From positions 669 to 64,668 of the forward strand of contig JBIIGE010000001.1 in NCBI GenBank assembly GCA_044236555.1: a DNA stretch of 64,000 nucleotides. The letters run 5' to 3'. Both the position numbers and the translations under genes were made by a program. The notes below the pieces were generated by a model, which saw only the letters and a program-made list of their open reading frames with translations, had not been told where the DNA came from and did not search any database. Origin of the DNA: Aquirufa sp. GTDB lineage: Bacteria > Bacteroidota > Bacteroidia > Cytophagales > Spirosomataceae. Position 1 is the first letter of the stretch; every line of letters begins with the position of its first letter. Of this stretch, positions 55,006-64,000 are shown in pieces.

Positions 55006-56949
55006 ATGATCACTTATTTTTCTCGTTTCCCTTTTGTCCGAATTCTATTGTTTTGGATGCTAGGAATCTTGCTTTCTGAATTTGCATTCTGGCCACTGTT
55101 GGGCTGCTTAGGTTTTATTGCGCCGGGGAGAGTTAATAGAAGTATCGGAATATCCAGCTTGATTGTTGTTTTTGCGATGATTTGGACGATGCGGCTACAA
55201 CCTGTTTTGCCGACACCTCCGGCCGATGGTTTTGTATTTCGGGTGGAAGGGCAGGTGGAAGCAAAACCTAAATCTTGGTCCGTTTTAGCTAGATGTCTGG
55301 GTCTGCGAGATTCCTCTGGTAAATGGTCTTCCTCAACGGGCTTGTTTCGGTTATACCTCGCAAAGCAATTGCCTAAACCCAGCGCCGGAGATGTCTATGG
55401 GGTAAGGCAGGCAGTTAAGCCGTTCCCGAAACCTCTTTTCCCATTTGAGAAAGATTGGGGAAATTATTTCGCTCAAAAAGGTATCGCAGGATCAGCCTTT
55501 GTTTCGTTCGATCGTATTCGGATGATGCAAAAAGGAACAGATGAGGGGACTTTTTTCGAAAAAGCTCAGACTCATTTTGTTGGGCTACTAGAGCGTGCTT
55601 TCGAACCGGGCCGAGATCGTGATGTGGCCGAGGCGATGTTGCTTGGGGTGAAGACTAAGATTGATTTCGAAACATTGTCGGCTTATTCGGCTTTGGGGGC
55701 CATTCATATTTTGTCTGTATCGGGTCTTCACGTGGGGCTTTTGTATATGGGTCTTTCGTTGATTCTCGGTTTTTTGCTGAAGCTTCGACCAGTGGGGCCC
55801 TTTGTATTTTTTGGATTAATGATGGCCTTATTATGGTGTTACGCCGGAATTAGTGGTTTTTCTTTGCCGGTCATGCGGTCGGCATGGATGTTTTCGGTCA
55901 TATTATTTGCCAAAACTTTTCTTCGAAGGCAAGAGAGCTTAAACACCTTGGCATTTAGCGCTTTTGTGCTCTTGTTTTTACATCCAGCCTCCTTGTTTGA
56001 TCCCGGGTTTCAGCTGTCCTATTTAGCGGTCTATGGTTTGGTTGTTTTTCAACAACGCTGGGCGTCTGTTTTACACTTTAGTGGTTGGCTTCGTTGGCCG
56101 CTGACTCAAATGTGGGAATTGACCTGTGTGGCATTAGCCGCTCAAATATTCACTTGGCCGTTGATTGTCTATTATTTTCATCAATTGCCTCATCCGCTTT
56201 CGTTTTTTCTATTGAATCCATTTTTAATCTTATTCTCCTCCATTGCGCTCTTTCTAGGTTTTTTATTATTAGCGATAGGCTCTTTTTTGCCCGATTTGGT
56301 CTTTCAGCCGTTGGGCTATCTTTTGAACATGAGTTTTAAATTATTGCATGGGTTGATGTTCAGCTGGGTGGAGCGAGTTACCTCGGTTATGCCGTTTTTG
56401 CGGATTTCGGCACTTGAAATGTTGGTGTATTTTCTTTCCATTGCTGTGGTTGCTTGGGCACCACGGCGCTATAAAAGTGTTGCGATTTTTGCGCTATTGT
56501 TTTGGCAAACTACGGAAAATGAATCCAATGCTTATTTAAACACGTTCAAAGGGGAGGCTGTTTGGGTAGCGCATTCAGGTAAAAATGCGGTTGCCTCGTT
56601 GCCTAAGGACATCGGTCCCGCGTGGATTCAATCACACCTTAGTCCGATGTGGGCAAATGTAGGGGTGAAAGATACCTTAACTCGAAGGTGGCCGTTAACA
56701 GGTAATTTGCAATGGAACTACCGAGGTCAAACTTACGCTTATGTGCGGGAACCTACAGAAGCTAGAGGGCAGCATCATTTAATTTTAGGTAAGGAATTGA
56801 AATTTCGTAAACCTGTATGGTTGAAAAGTTGGAACCAAGCGACTTGGTATTTTCTACAGAAACCAACAGCGTATTGGTTAGGTGAGCTGAAGCCTTACTT
56901 GCCTGAGAAATATTATTTTTTGGACGAACAACCTGCTATCCAATTATAA
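55006..56949 (+). CDS. comEC: ComEC/Rec2-family competence membrane protein (no MBL domain evident)
   Basis: GAIHILSVSGLHVG, PVMRSAWM and FDPGFQLSYLAV. Confidence 0.88.
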   Translation: MITYFSRFPFVRILLFWMLGILLSEFAFWPLLGCLGFIAPGRVNRSIGISSLIVVFAMIWTMRLQPVLPTPPADGFVFRVEGQVEAKPKSWSVLARCLGLRDSSGKWSSSTGLFRLYLAKQLPKPSAGDVYGVRQAVKPFPKPLFPFEKDWGNYFAQKGIAGSAFVSFDRIRMMQKGTDEGTFFEKAQTHFVGLLERAFEPGRDRDVAEAMLLGVKTKIDFETLSAYSALGAIHILSVSGLHVGLLYMGLSLILGFLLKLRPVGPFVFFGLMMALLWCYAGISGFSLPVMRSAWMFSVILFAKTFLRRQESLNTLAFSAFVLLFLHPASLFDPGFQLSYLAVYGLVVFQQRWASVLHFSGWLRWPLTQMWELTCVALAAQIFTWPLIVYYFHQLPHPLSFFLLNPFLILFSSIALFLGFLLLAIGSFLPDLVFQPLGYLLNMSFKLLHGLMFSWVERVTSVMPFLRISALEMLVYFLSIAVVAWAPRRYKSVAIFALLFWQTTENESNAYLNTFKGEAVWVAHSGKNAVASLPKDIGPAWIQSHLSPMWANVGVKDTLTRRWPLTGNLQWNYRGQTYAYVREPTEARGQHHLILGKELKFRKPVWLKSWNQATWYFLQKPTAYWLGELKPYLPEKYYFLDEQPAIQL

Positions 56950-56950
56950 A

Positions 56951-56980
56951 AAAAGGCTGCCCCGTTGAGGGCAGCCTTTT
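56951..56980. terminator. Bidirectional rho-independent terminator
   Basis: AAAAGGCTGCCC-cgttga-GGGCAGCCTTTT between convergent comEC and typA. Confidence 0.9.
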
Positions 56981-56984
56981 AAAA

Positions 56985-58793
56985 TTAGCTTGGCTTCTTT
57001 TCGTTACGTTTACGCTCGTTCGGATCTAACCAAATTTTACGCATACGTAAAGACTTAGGAGTGATTTCTAAGTACTCATCCTTTTGGATAAATTCCATAC
57101 ACTCTTCTAATGAGAAGTTTAATTTAGGAGCAATTTTGGTATTCGAATCCGTACCTGACGCACGCATGTTCGTTAATTGCTTTGAAGCTTGAAGGTTCAC
57201 TTCGATGTCGTTTTGGCGATTGTGCTCACCTACTACCATTCCTGTGTATACTTCTTCACCTGGATCGATGAAGAACACCCCTCTATCTTGTAACTTATCA
57301 ATCGCATAAGGAATCGCAGGACCTGTGTTCATCGAAATCAATGATCCGTTGATACGGCCAGGAATAGGGCCTTTGAATGGTTCATAAGCGATGAAACGGT
57401 GGGCCATAATCGCTTCTCCGAATGTGGCTGTCAATACTTTAGAACGTAAACCAATCAAACCACGAGATGGAATGTTGAATTCTAAGTGTTGTAAGTCACC
57501 TTTAGGCTCCATAATCAACAACTCACCTTTACCTTGAGTCGCTAATTCGATTACCTTACCTGCAACCTCAGCTGGAACGTCTACTACTAATGATTCGATC
57601 GGCTCTAATTTCTCGCCATTCTCACCCTCTTTGAAAATAACCTGAGGCTGACCTACTTGTAATTCATAACCCTCACGACGCATCGTTTCAATTAAAACGG
57701 ACAAGTGAAGAATACCACGGCCAAATACTAAGAACTTATCTTCGCTTTCCGTTGTAACTACTTTCAAGGCTAAGTTTTTCTCTGTCTCTTTGAACAGACG
57801 ATCACGGATATGACGAGAGGTAACTAATTTACCTTCTTTACCAAAGAATGGAGAGTTATTAATCGTGAACAACATATTCATCGTAGGCTCATCAATCGCG
57901 ATACGAGCTAAAGCCTCTGGGTTTTCTGCATCTGCAACCGTGTCACCGATTTCAAAATCTTCGATACCTGTAATCGCACAAATCTCACCACACTCTACTT
58001 TATCTACTTTTACTTTTCCTAGACCTTCAAATACTTGAAGTTCTTTGATACGCATTTTCTTTGTCGTGCCGTCTGCTTTGCAAAGAGAAATTTGCATTCC
58101 TTCAGTTAACGTTCCACGCTCTAAACGACCGATCGCGATACGACCTACGAATGAAGAGTAGTCTAATGAAGTGATCTGCATTTGTGGCGTACCTTCCTGT
58201 ACTTTAGAAGCTGGAATGTGCTCAATAATCGCGTCTAACAATGGGATGATATTATCCGTTGGTTTTTTCCAATCCGTACTCATCCATCCTTGCTTAGATG
58301 AACCATAGATACAAGGGAAGTCTAATTGATCTTCAGTTGCGTCTAAGTTAAACATTAAGTCAAATACACTTTCGTGTACTTCGTCTGGACGACAGTTTTC
58401 TTTATCTACTTTGTTCACAATCACGATAGGCTTCAAACCTAAAGCGATCGCTTTTGACAATACGAAACGTGTTTGAGGCATAGGGCCTTCGAAAGCATCC
58501 ACTAACAAAATAACTCCATCCGCCATACGTAGAACTCGTTCTACTTCACCGCCAAAGTCGGCGTGACCAGGTGTATCGATAATGTTGATTTTCACTCCAT
58601 TGTAACGAACCGATACGTTTTTAGACGTGATCGTAATTCCTCTTTCTCTTTCAAGGTCGTTATTATCAAGGATCAAATCTCCAAATTCTTGATTTTCTCT
58701 AAAAATCTTGGATGCGTGAATGATTTTGTCAACTAGGGTCGTTTTACCGTGGTCAACGTGGGCAATAATAGCAATGTTGCGAATGCTTAGCAT
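56985..58793 (-). CDS. typA: Translational GTPase TypA/BipA
   Basis: IAHVDHGKTT, ERERGITI, DTPGHADFGGEVER, GRGILHLSVLIETMRREG and KQLTNMRASG. Confidence 0.98.
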   Translation of the reverse strand: MLSIRNIAIIAHVDHGKTTLVDKIIHASKIFRENQEFGDLILDNNDLERERGITITSKNVSVRYNGVKINIIDTPGHADFGGEVERVLRMADGVILLVDAFEGPMPQTRFVLSKAIALGLKPIVIVNKVDKENCRPDEVHESVFDLMFNLDATEDQLDFPCIYGSSKQGWMSTDWKKPTDNIIPLLDAIIEHIPASKVQEGTPQMQITSLDYSSFVGRIAIGRLERGTLTEGMQISLCKADGTTKKMRIKELQVFEGLGKVKVDKVECGEICAITGIEDFEIGDTVADAENPEALARIAIDEPTMNMLFTINNSPFFGKEGKLVTSRHIRDRLFKETEKNLALKVVTTESEDKFLVFGRGILHLSVLIETMRREGYELQVGQPQVIFKEGENGEKLEPIESLVVDVPAEVAGKVIELATQGKGELLIMEPKGDLQHLEFNIPSRGLIGLRSKVLTATFGEAIMAHRFIAYEPFKGPIPGRINGSLISMNTGPAIPYAIDKLQDRGVFFIDPGEEVYTGMVVGEHNRQNDIEVNLQASKQLTNMRASGTDSNTKIAPKLNFSLEECMEFIQKDEYLEITPKSLRMRKIWLDPNERKRNEKKPS

Positions 58794-58847
58794 AAAAATG
58801 TATTCGTTGAATGAAACGAAAATCCTTTAATTGGGAAATTCAAGGTG

Positions 58848-58855
58848 CAAAGGTA
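58848..58855 (-). promoter_or_regulatory. Sigma-A -7 element for typA
   Basis: CAAAGGTA on + strand = TACCTTTG on - strand. Confidence 0.65.
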
Positions 58856-58888
58856 GGTATAATTTCTTTGAAAAGTACTATTAGCAAA

Positions 58889-60841
58889 TTAAGAAACAAT
58901 TGCTTTCGGATTATTTTTCGCAGGACGTGCAATAGTATTCGCTTGGATTTTTGCTAAAATGCCTTCAGCATCAATTCCGCATAGGGCATACAATTCTTTT
59001 TGCTCCCCGTGTTCGATGATTTCGTCCGGTATTCCGAGGCGAATAACTTGAGACGAATAGTGATTGTCTACCATAAATTCAGCTATAGCTGACCCAAATC
59101 CTCCTTGAATCGCTGCATCCTCTACCGTAATTACCTTTTTGAATTGCTTAAATACGCTGTGTAAAAGTTCTTCATCTAATGGTTTAACAAATCGCATGTC
59201 GAATAAAGCAGGTTTTAAACCTAGCTTATGGGCTGCTTCACAAGCTTCGATGGCTTGGTTACCGATATGTCCAATCGACAAGACAGCGATTTCTTCACCT
59301 TCTAAAAGTTGTACGCCTTTTCCTATTTGAACCTCTTCAAAATCTGTGCGCCAAGCCGGCATCACCCCTTCTCCGCGTGGATAGCGGATAGTTATCGCCT
59401 TTTCATGCGATTTAAAGGAGTCTAAAGACGCGGTATACATAAGATTGCGGAGCTCCTGTTCGTTACGAGGTGCTGCCACAATCATGTTAGGCACACAACG
59501 CATGAAGGCTAAATCCAATAATCCATGGTGGGTAGGTCCATCAGCTCCAGCCAGACCAGCACGATCTAGACAGAAGATAACGGGTAATTTTTGTAAACAG
59601 ACATCGTGAACTACTTGATCATACCCACGCTGCATGAAAGAACTGTAGATATTGCAGAAAACGGTTAAGCCTTGTGTCGCTAGTCCAGCCGAGAAAGTCA
59701 CCGCATGTTGTTCTGCGATTCCTACGTCAAAAGCGCGATCTGGCATCGCCCGCATCATAATATTCATCGAAGATCCCGACGGCATCGCAGGAGTGATACC
59801 CATGATTTTCGGATTCTTCTCTGCTAATTCTAATAAAGTATGTCCAAAAACCTCCTGGTATTTAGGTGGCTGCGGATCATCATAGGTCTTTTTATGAATT
59901 TCCCCTGTGAGTTTATCAAATTTACCCGGAGCATGCCAAAGTGTTTGATCCTTTTCTGCTAATGAATACCCCTTGCCTTTCGTAGTAATGCAATGCAAGA
60001 TTTTAGGCCCAGGAATATCTTTTAGATCGTTTAAGACCGTTGTTAAATTATCGATATCGTGTCCGTCGATCGGGCCAAAATACCGTAAATTCAAGGATTC
60101 AAACAGATTGCTTTGGTTTAATAAAGTGGCTTTTAGCCCATTTTCAATCTTTGACACAATTTCTTGCGCCGTCTTTCCGAAAGTAGACATCTTACCTAAT
60201 AAATTCCACACATCATCCTTTACCTTGTTATAGGTGTGTGAGGTGGTGATGTCCGTTAGGTATTCTTTCAAAGCACCCACATTCGGGTCGATCGCCATGC
60301 AATTATCGTTTAAGATAATCAACATATTGTTCGGGATATCGCCCGCATGGTTCATGGCTTCGAAAGCCATTCCCGCTGTCATGGATCCATCCCCAATAAC
60401 GGCGATATGTTGTCTGTGTGTTTCTTTCTTATAGCGTGAACCTACCGCCATTCCCAGCGCTGCGGAGATAGAAGTAGAGGAGTGACCTACGCCAAACGTA
60501 TCAAAATTACTTTCTGAGCGTTTCGGGAAACCTGAAATACCTCCGATTAAACGATTGGTATGAAAAACTTCACGGCGACCGGTTAAAATTTTGTGGCCAT
60601 AAGCCTGGTGTCCCACATCCCAAACCAACTGATCATCTGGAGTATTAAACACATAATGCAAGGCAACTGTTAACTCAGTTACCCCTAAGGAAGCCCCAAA
60701 ATGGCCTCCATTCACCGACACATTATCAATGATGAATTGTCGCAATTCAGCACAGACTTGGGGTAAGTCTGATTTCGGTAACTTGCGCAAATCCTCCGGG
60801 GTGGTGATTTGGCTAAGTAAAGGACCGGCTTCAAATTGCAT
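58889..60841 (-). CDS. dxs: 1-deoxy-D-xylulose-5-phosphate synthase
   Basis: GGHFGASLG, WDVGHQAYGHK, GDGSMTAGMAFEA.N, DVGIAEQHA and DRAGLAGADGPTH. Confidence 0.98.
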   Translation of the reverse strand: MQFEAGPLLSQITTPEDLRKLPKSDLPQVCAELRQFIIDNVSVNGGHFGASLGVTELTVALHYVFNTPDDQLVWDVGHQAYGHKILTGRREVFHTNRLIGGISGFPKRSESNFDTFGVGHSSTSISAALGMAVGSRYKKETHRQHIAVIGDGSMTAGMAFEAMNHAGDIPNNMLIILNDNCMAIDPNVGALKEYLTDITTSHTYNKVKDDVWNLLGKMSTFGKTAQEIVSKIENGLKATLLNQSNLFESLNLRYFGPIDGHDIDNLTTVLNDLKDIPGPKILHCITTKGKGYSLAEKDQTLWHAPGKFDKLTGEIHKKTYDDPQPPKYQEVFGHTLLELAEKNPKIMGITPAMPSGSSMNIMMRAMPDRAFDVGIAEQHAVTFSAGLATQGLTVFCNIYSSFMQRGYDQVVHDVCLQKLPVIFCLDRAGLAGADGPTHHGLLDLAFMRCVPNMIVAAPRNEQELRNLMYTASLDSFKSHEKAITIRYPRGEGVMPAWRTDFEEVQIGKGVQLLEGEEIAVLSIGHIGNQAIEACEAAHKLGLKPALFDMRFVKPLDEELLHSVFKQFKKVITVEDAAIQGGFGSAIAEFMVDNHYSSQVIRLGIPDEIIEHGEQKELYALCGIDAEGILAKIQANTIARPAKNNPKAIVS

Positions 60842-60875
60842 AGACTCGTGTGATGATAGTGAAAGATTAACCTTA

Positions 60876-60883
60876 CAAAGGTA
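60876..60883 (-). promoter_or_regulatory. Sigma-A -7 element for dxs
   Basis: CAAAGGTA on + strand = TACCTTTG on - strand. Confidence 0.6.
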
Positions 60884-60899
60884 AAAATGTTTTTAAGCC

Positions 60900-61754
60900 T
60901 TAGTCATTTTTTTGACTGGCTTTGAATAATCTTTTTTGCTCATAGTCCGTCAAACTGTCGTAGCCAGACTGTGAAATTTTGTCCAAAATAGCATTCAGTT
61001 CTTCCTCCGGTACGGTTTCTAGTTCTTTCCGGGGTTGTATTTTCTGATTGACAACGGAGGCAAATTCTTTTATTTTTATTTCAAAAATTGCTTGCGGACG
61101 GGATGCGGCTAAAAAGTTTTTGGCAAATATGAAACCTAAAATGGCTCCACCTAAATGCGCTATGTTTCCGCCAGCGTTTGCTCCAGTTGTTTCAATAAAA
61201 GACCACAGTATATAAAAGGCGGAGATATATTTAATGCGAACTTCACCCAATAAGAGCATGTGAACTTGGTAGTTTGGGCGAATGGTGGCAGCTGCCACTA
61301 CGACCGCAAATACCCCAGCAGAAGCACCATTGAGGAAATTAGGTCCTTTGGCAATAAAAAAACTGACCGTATTCATGGCTAAAAGGAATGCCGCAGCACC
61401 CGCTAATCCACCATAAAAAAAGAGCTGAACGAGGCGTTTATTGCCAATGAAATCTTGGATAATAATACCAAACCAATACAAGAATAGCATATTAAACACC
61501 AGGTGAAATACCTCAATGTGCAAGAAGAAATAAGTAATCAGACTCCAAGGTCTTTGGATAAGCAGATCTAGGGAGGATGGCAACGAAACATGGGTGAAAA
61601 AGGCATCAAATAGCTCCGATTTTCCTGCTATCAATAACCCGACTCTAGCCAGCATCAACGCCACAAAAATGGCTCCGTTGGCCACAATAATTTTCATCAA
61701 CCCTTGGCCAGGTTGTGTAATGATGTTTTTTATATCGGTCCAAATACTGCGCAT
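60900..61754 (-). CDS. Rhomboid intramembrane serine protease (with C-terminal soluble tail)
   Basis: FLH..FHLVFNM, GASAG and AHLGG; tail ILDKISQSGYDSLT..E..RLF. Confidence 0.92.
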   Translation of the reverse strand: MRSIWTDIKNIITQPGQGLMKIIVANGAIFVALMLARVGLLIAGKSELFDAFFTHVSLPSSLDLLIQRPWSLITYFFLHIEVFHLVFNMLFLYWFGIIIQDFIGNKRLVQLFFYGGLAGAAAFLLAMNTVSFFIAKGPNFLNGASAGVFAVVVAAATIRPNYQVHMLLLGEVRIKYISAFYILWSFIETTGANAGGNIAHLGGAILGFIFAKNFLAASRPQAIFEIKIKEFASVVNQKIQPRKELETVPEEELNAILDKISQSGYDSLTDYEQKRLFKASQKND

Positions 61755-61755
61755 C

Positions 61756-62496
61756 TTAGTAGAAGCTATCGCGTTTTTGTCTCCAAATTAACAACAAAAT
61801 GACCGCAAAAAGCATCCCACCTAAATGGGCAAAATGGGCCACATTATCTCCCTCAGCAGCTGCTTTACCAGCATAAAGCTCATAAAAGGCAAATCCCATC
61901 ACGAGGTATTTCGCTTTCACGGGAATAGGGATAGGGAAGATGAACATCTCTGAATTAGGGAATAAATAGCCGTAGGCCATCAAGATTCCAAAAACACTAC
62001 CGGACGCGCCCACCACTGGATTTTGCGTCGTATAATATTTATAATGCTCAATGGCTCCTAAGGAATTCAAGCGCCCATCATTAATGGCTGTGCTTCCATC
62101 AAATCGATTAAAATAATCCATCAAAAAGTCTGAATTAGGATTCGAAAGGGCTAATTCCAAAGCCTTACGAATACTTGCATAGTCATGGAAATATTGAATC
62201 GCCTCGTGTAGTAAACCCGCGCCCACTCCACAGAAAAGATAGAAAAACAAGAAACGTTGTCCGCCCCAAATTTTCTCCAAAATCGAACCGAACATATACA
62301 GCCCGAACATATTCATCAACAAATGCATAAAATTCGCATGCACGAACATGTAGCTAATCAGTTGGAAGTATTGAAACTTGCTGGATTGGAAAAAATACAA
62401 CGCGAATATATCATCTGGAATAAAGGATGATCCTAAGAAGATGGCGACATTCGCGAAAATCAAATTTCGAACCGTTGGTGTAATATCTCTTAGCAT
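61756..62496 (-). CDS. Rhomboid intramembrane serine protease
   Basis: MFVHANFMHLLMNM, VGASG and AHFAHLGG. ATG at 62496 avoids overlap with cysS. Confidence 0.93.
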   Translation of the reverse strand: MLRDITPTVRNLIFANVAIFLGSSFIPDDIFALYFFQSSKFQYFQLISYMFVHANFMHLLMNMFGLYMFGSILEKIWGGQRFLFFYLFCGVGAGLLHEAIQYFHDYASIRKALELALSNPNSDFLMDYFNRFDGSTAINDGRLNSLGAIEHYKYYTTQNPVVGASGSVFGILMAYGYLFPNSEMFIFPIPIPVKAKYLVMGFAFYELYAGKAAAEGDNVAHFAHLGGMLFAVILLLIWRQKRDSFY

Positions 62497-62500
62497 AAGC

Positions 62501-63991
62501 TTATTCTTCGTATCCCCAATCAATGGAGTTTTTCATGTCTTTAATTAACAATCCGGCAGATTTGAACGCCCCGCGGATTTCATCAACTTTATCGTATTGT
62601 CTACTTTCCTTGAAACCCTTGTAGAGCTGAAGAAGTTCATCTGTCAAGCCATTCATCTGCTCGGGAACCTCTTCTTTGATCCCTAGAACGTCTTCTAAAA
62701 TGCTAATATAAGAACGCTGTAAATTCAAAAATGTTTCAGCAGAAATCGATTCGAACGATAAGGCTCCGGTATATAAAGAATTGATTTTTTTCAATAAAGT
62801 AAACACATGTGCTATTGCCACGGCTGTATTCAAGTCGTCGTTCATACCATCGTAGCAGCCTTGAATCGCGTCATTGATCTCTTTTTCTTGTGCTGCATCT
62901 GAATTCAAGGTAATTCCGGTAGGATATTCGAGCTTCTTGATGATGCGCAAACCGTTTGCGATCTTTTTGTAGCCTTTTTGGGCAGCCTTAAGTGCGTCGT
63001 TCGAGAAGTCCAAGGTGCTGCGGTACTGAGATTGCAACATAAAGAAGCGCACGGTCATGGGGCTATAGGCTTGCTCTAATAAGGCATGGCTACCAGCGAA
63101 TAACTCCGATGGTAAAAAGGAGTTTCCGAGGGATTTACTCATTTTTTGACCATTCACCGTTAACATATTCGTATGCATCCAATAACGTACCGGAGCGCGA
63201 TCATACGCTGCTTTTGCTTGGGCAATCTCACATTCGTGGTGCGGGAATTTTAAGTCCATTCCGCCGCCGTGAATATCAAAGGTGTCGCCTAAGTACTTGT
63301 GGCTCATGCAGGTGCATTCTAAGTGCCAGCCTGGGAAACCGTCTCCCCAAGGGGATGGCCAACGCATAATGTGTTCGGGAGCGGCTTTTTTCCAAAGTGC
63401 AAAATCCAACGGATTCCGCTTCTCGCCCACGCCATCTAAGTCACGTGTTTCGGTTAATAAATCATCCAAAACGCGGCCAGATAAATGACCGTAGTTGCCG
63501 CCGTTTTTATTGTAAGTTTCTATGTCAAAATATACCGAACCATTCGATTCATAGGCTAATCCTTTTTCAATTAAGGCCTTAGTTGTCTCGATTTGTTCTA
63601 CGATATGTCCCGTCGCCGTAGGCTCGATGCTAGGAGGCAAGACATTGAATTTTTCTAATACTTGGTGGAAATCCTGGGTAAAGCGATGAACGATCTCCAT
63701 CGGCTCTAACTTTTCTAATTTAGCCATCTTCCCAATCTTATCTTCTCCCTCATCGCCATCGCCTACTAGGTGACCTACGTCCGTAATATTACGCACATAA
63801 CGTACTTTGTAGCCAATGTGCAATAAATAGCGGTTTAGGATGTCAAATGAGGTAAAAGTGCGCAGATTTCCTAAGTGAACATAATTGTATACCGTGGGTC
63901 CACAAACATAAAGTCCTACATGATTTTCGTGTATCGGGGTGAAAAGTTCTTTTTCACGACTCAGGGTATTGTATATTTTTAAGGGCTGCAT
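62501..63991 (-). CDS. cysS: Cysteine--tRNA ligase
   Basis: YVCGPTVY..VHLGN, DFALWK, GFPGWHLEC, HGGGMDLKFPHHECE and KMSKSLGN. Confidence 0.99.
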   Translation of the reverse strand: MQPLKIYNTLSREKELFTPIHENHVGLYVCGPTVYNYVHLGNLRTFTSFDILNRYLLHIGYKVRYVRNITDVGHLVGDGDEGEDKIGKMAKLEKLEPMEIVHRFTQDFHQVLEKFNVLPPSIEPTATGHIVEQIETTKALIEKGLAYESNGSVYFDIETYNKNGGNYGHLSGRVLDDLLTETRDLDGVGEKRNPLDFALWKKAAPEHIMRWPSPWGDGFPGWHLECTCMSHKYLGDTFDIHGGGMDLKFPHHECEIAQAKAAYDRAPVRYWMHTNMLTVNGQKMSKSLGNSFLPSELFAGSHALLEQAYSPMTVRFFMLQSQYRSTLDFSNDALKAAQKGYKKIANGLRIIKKLEYPTGITLNSDAAQEKEINDAIQGCYDGMNDDLNTAVAIAHVFTLLKKINSLYTGALSFESISAETFLNLQRSYISILEDVLGIKEEVPEQMNGLTDELLQLYKGFKESRQYDKVDEIRGAFKSAGLLIKDMKNSIDWGYEE

Positions 63992-64000
63992 GTAAAGCGG

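Overview
Gene-dense core-genome window from a Bacteroidota bacterium, probably a small-genome Cytophagales such as Aquirufa (inferred from gldH, a T9SS-sorted protease, a PorE-like protein, TAnnTTTG promoters and tight gene packing). It holds about 52 CDS, mostly housekeeping: carA (partial), thiL, msrA, lptD, prmA, mntR-mntH, ribD, an RND pump, gldH, ricT, purD, recQ, kdsD, crtD, aspS, can-sulP, fcl, rnhB, pyrC, a rluB-like gene, mreBCD, gmk, nadD, comEC, typA, dxs, two rhomboids and cysS. I saw no rRNA, tRNA, CRISPR array, transposase, integrase or prophage. The most notable signals are: (1) a 7-nt-periodic inverted-repeat hairpin (CAGTnnn x5 / ACTRnnn x6) between the rluB-like gene and its terminator; (2) a SigR/SigH-like ECF sigma whose membrane-anchored anti-sigma is preceded by a GGAAC-N18-GTT motif; (3) a 469-aa protein that reads as a degenerate PncC(CinA)+NadD-like fusion; (4) a MORN-type protein whose tail looks like a fused leader peptide for the sulP-can operon; (5) a sphingomyelin-synthase-like gene; (6) a DtxR-type operator between mntR and mntH. 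All calls come from motif reading; no database searches were run.
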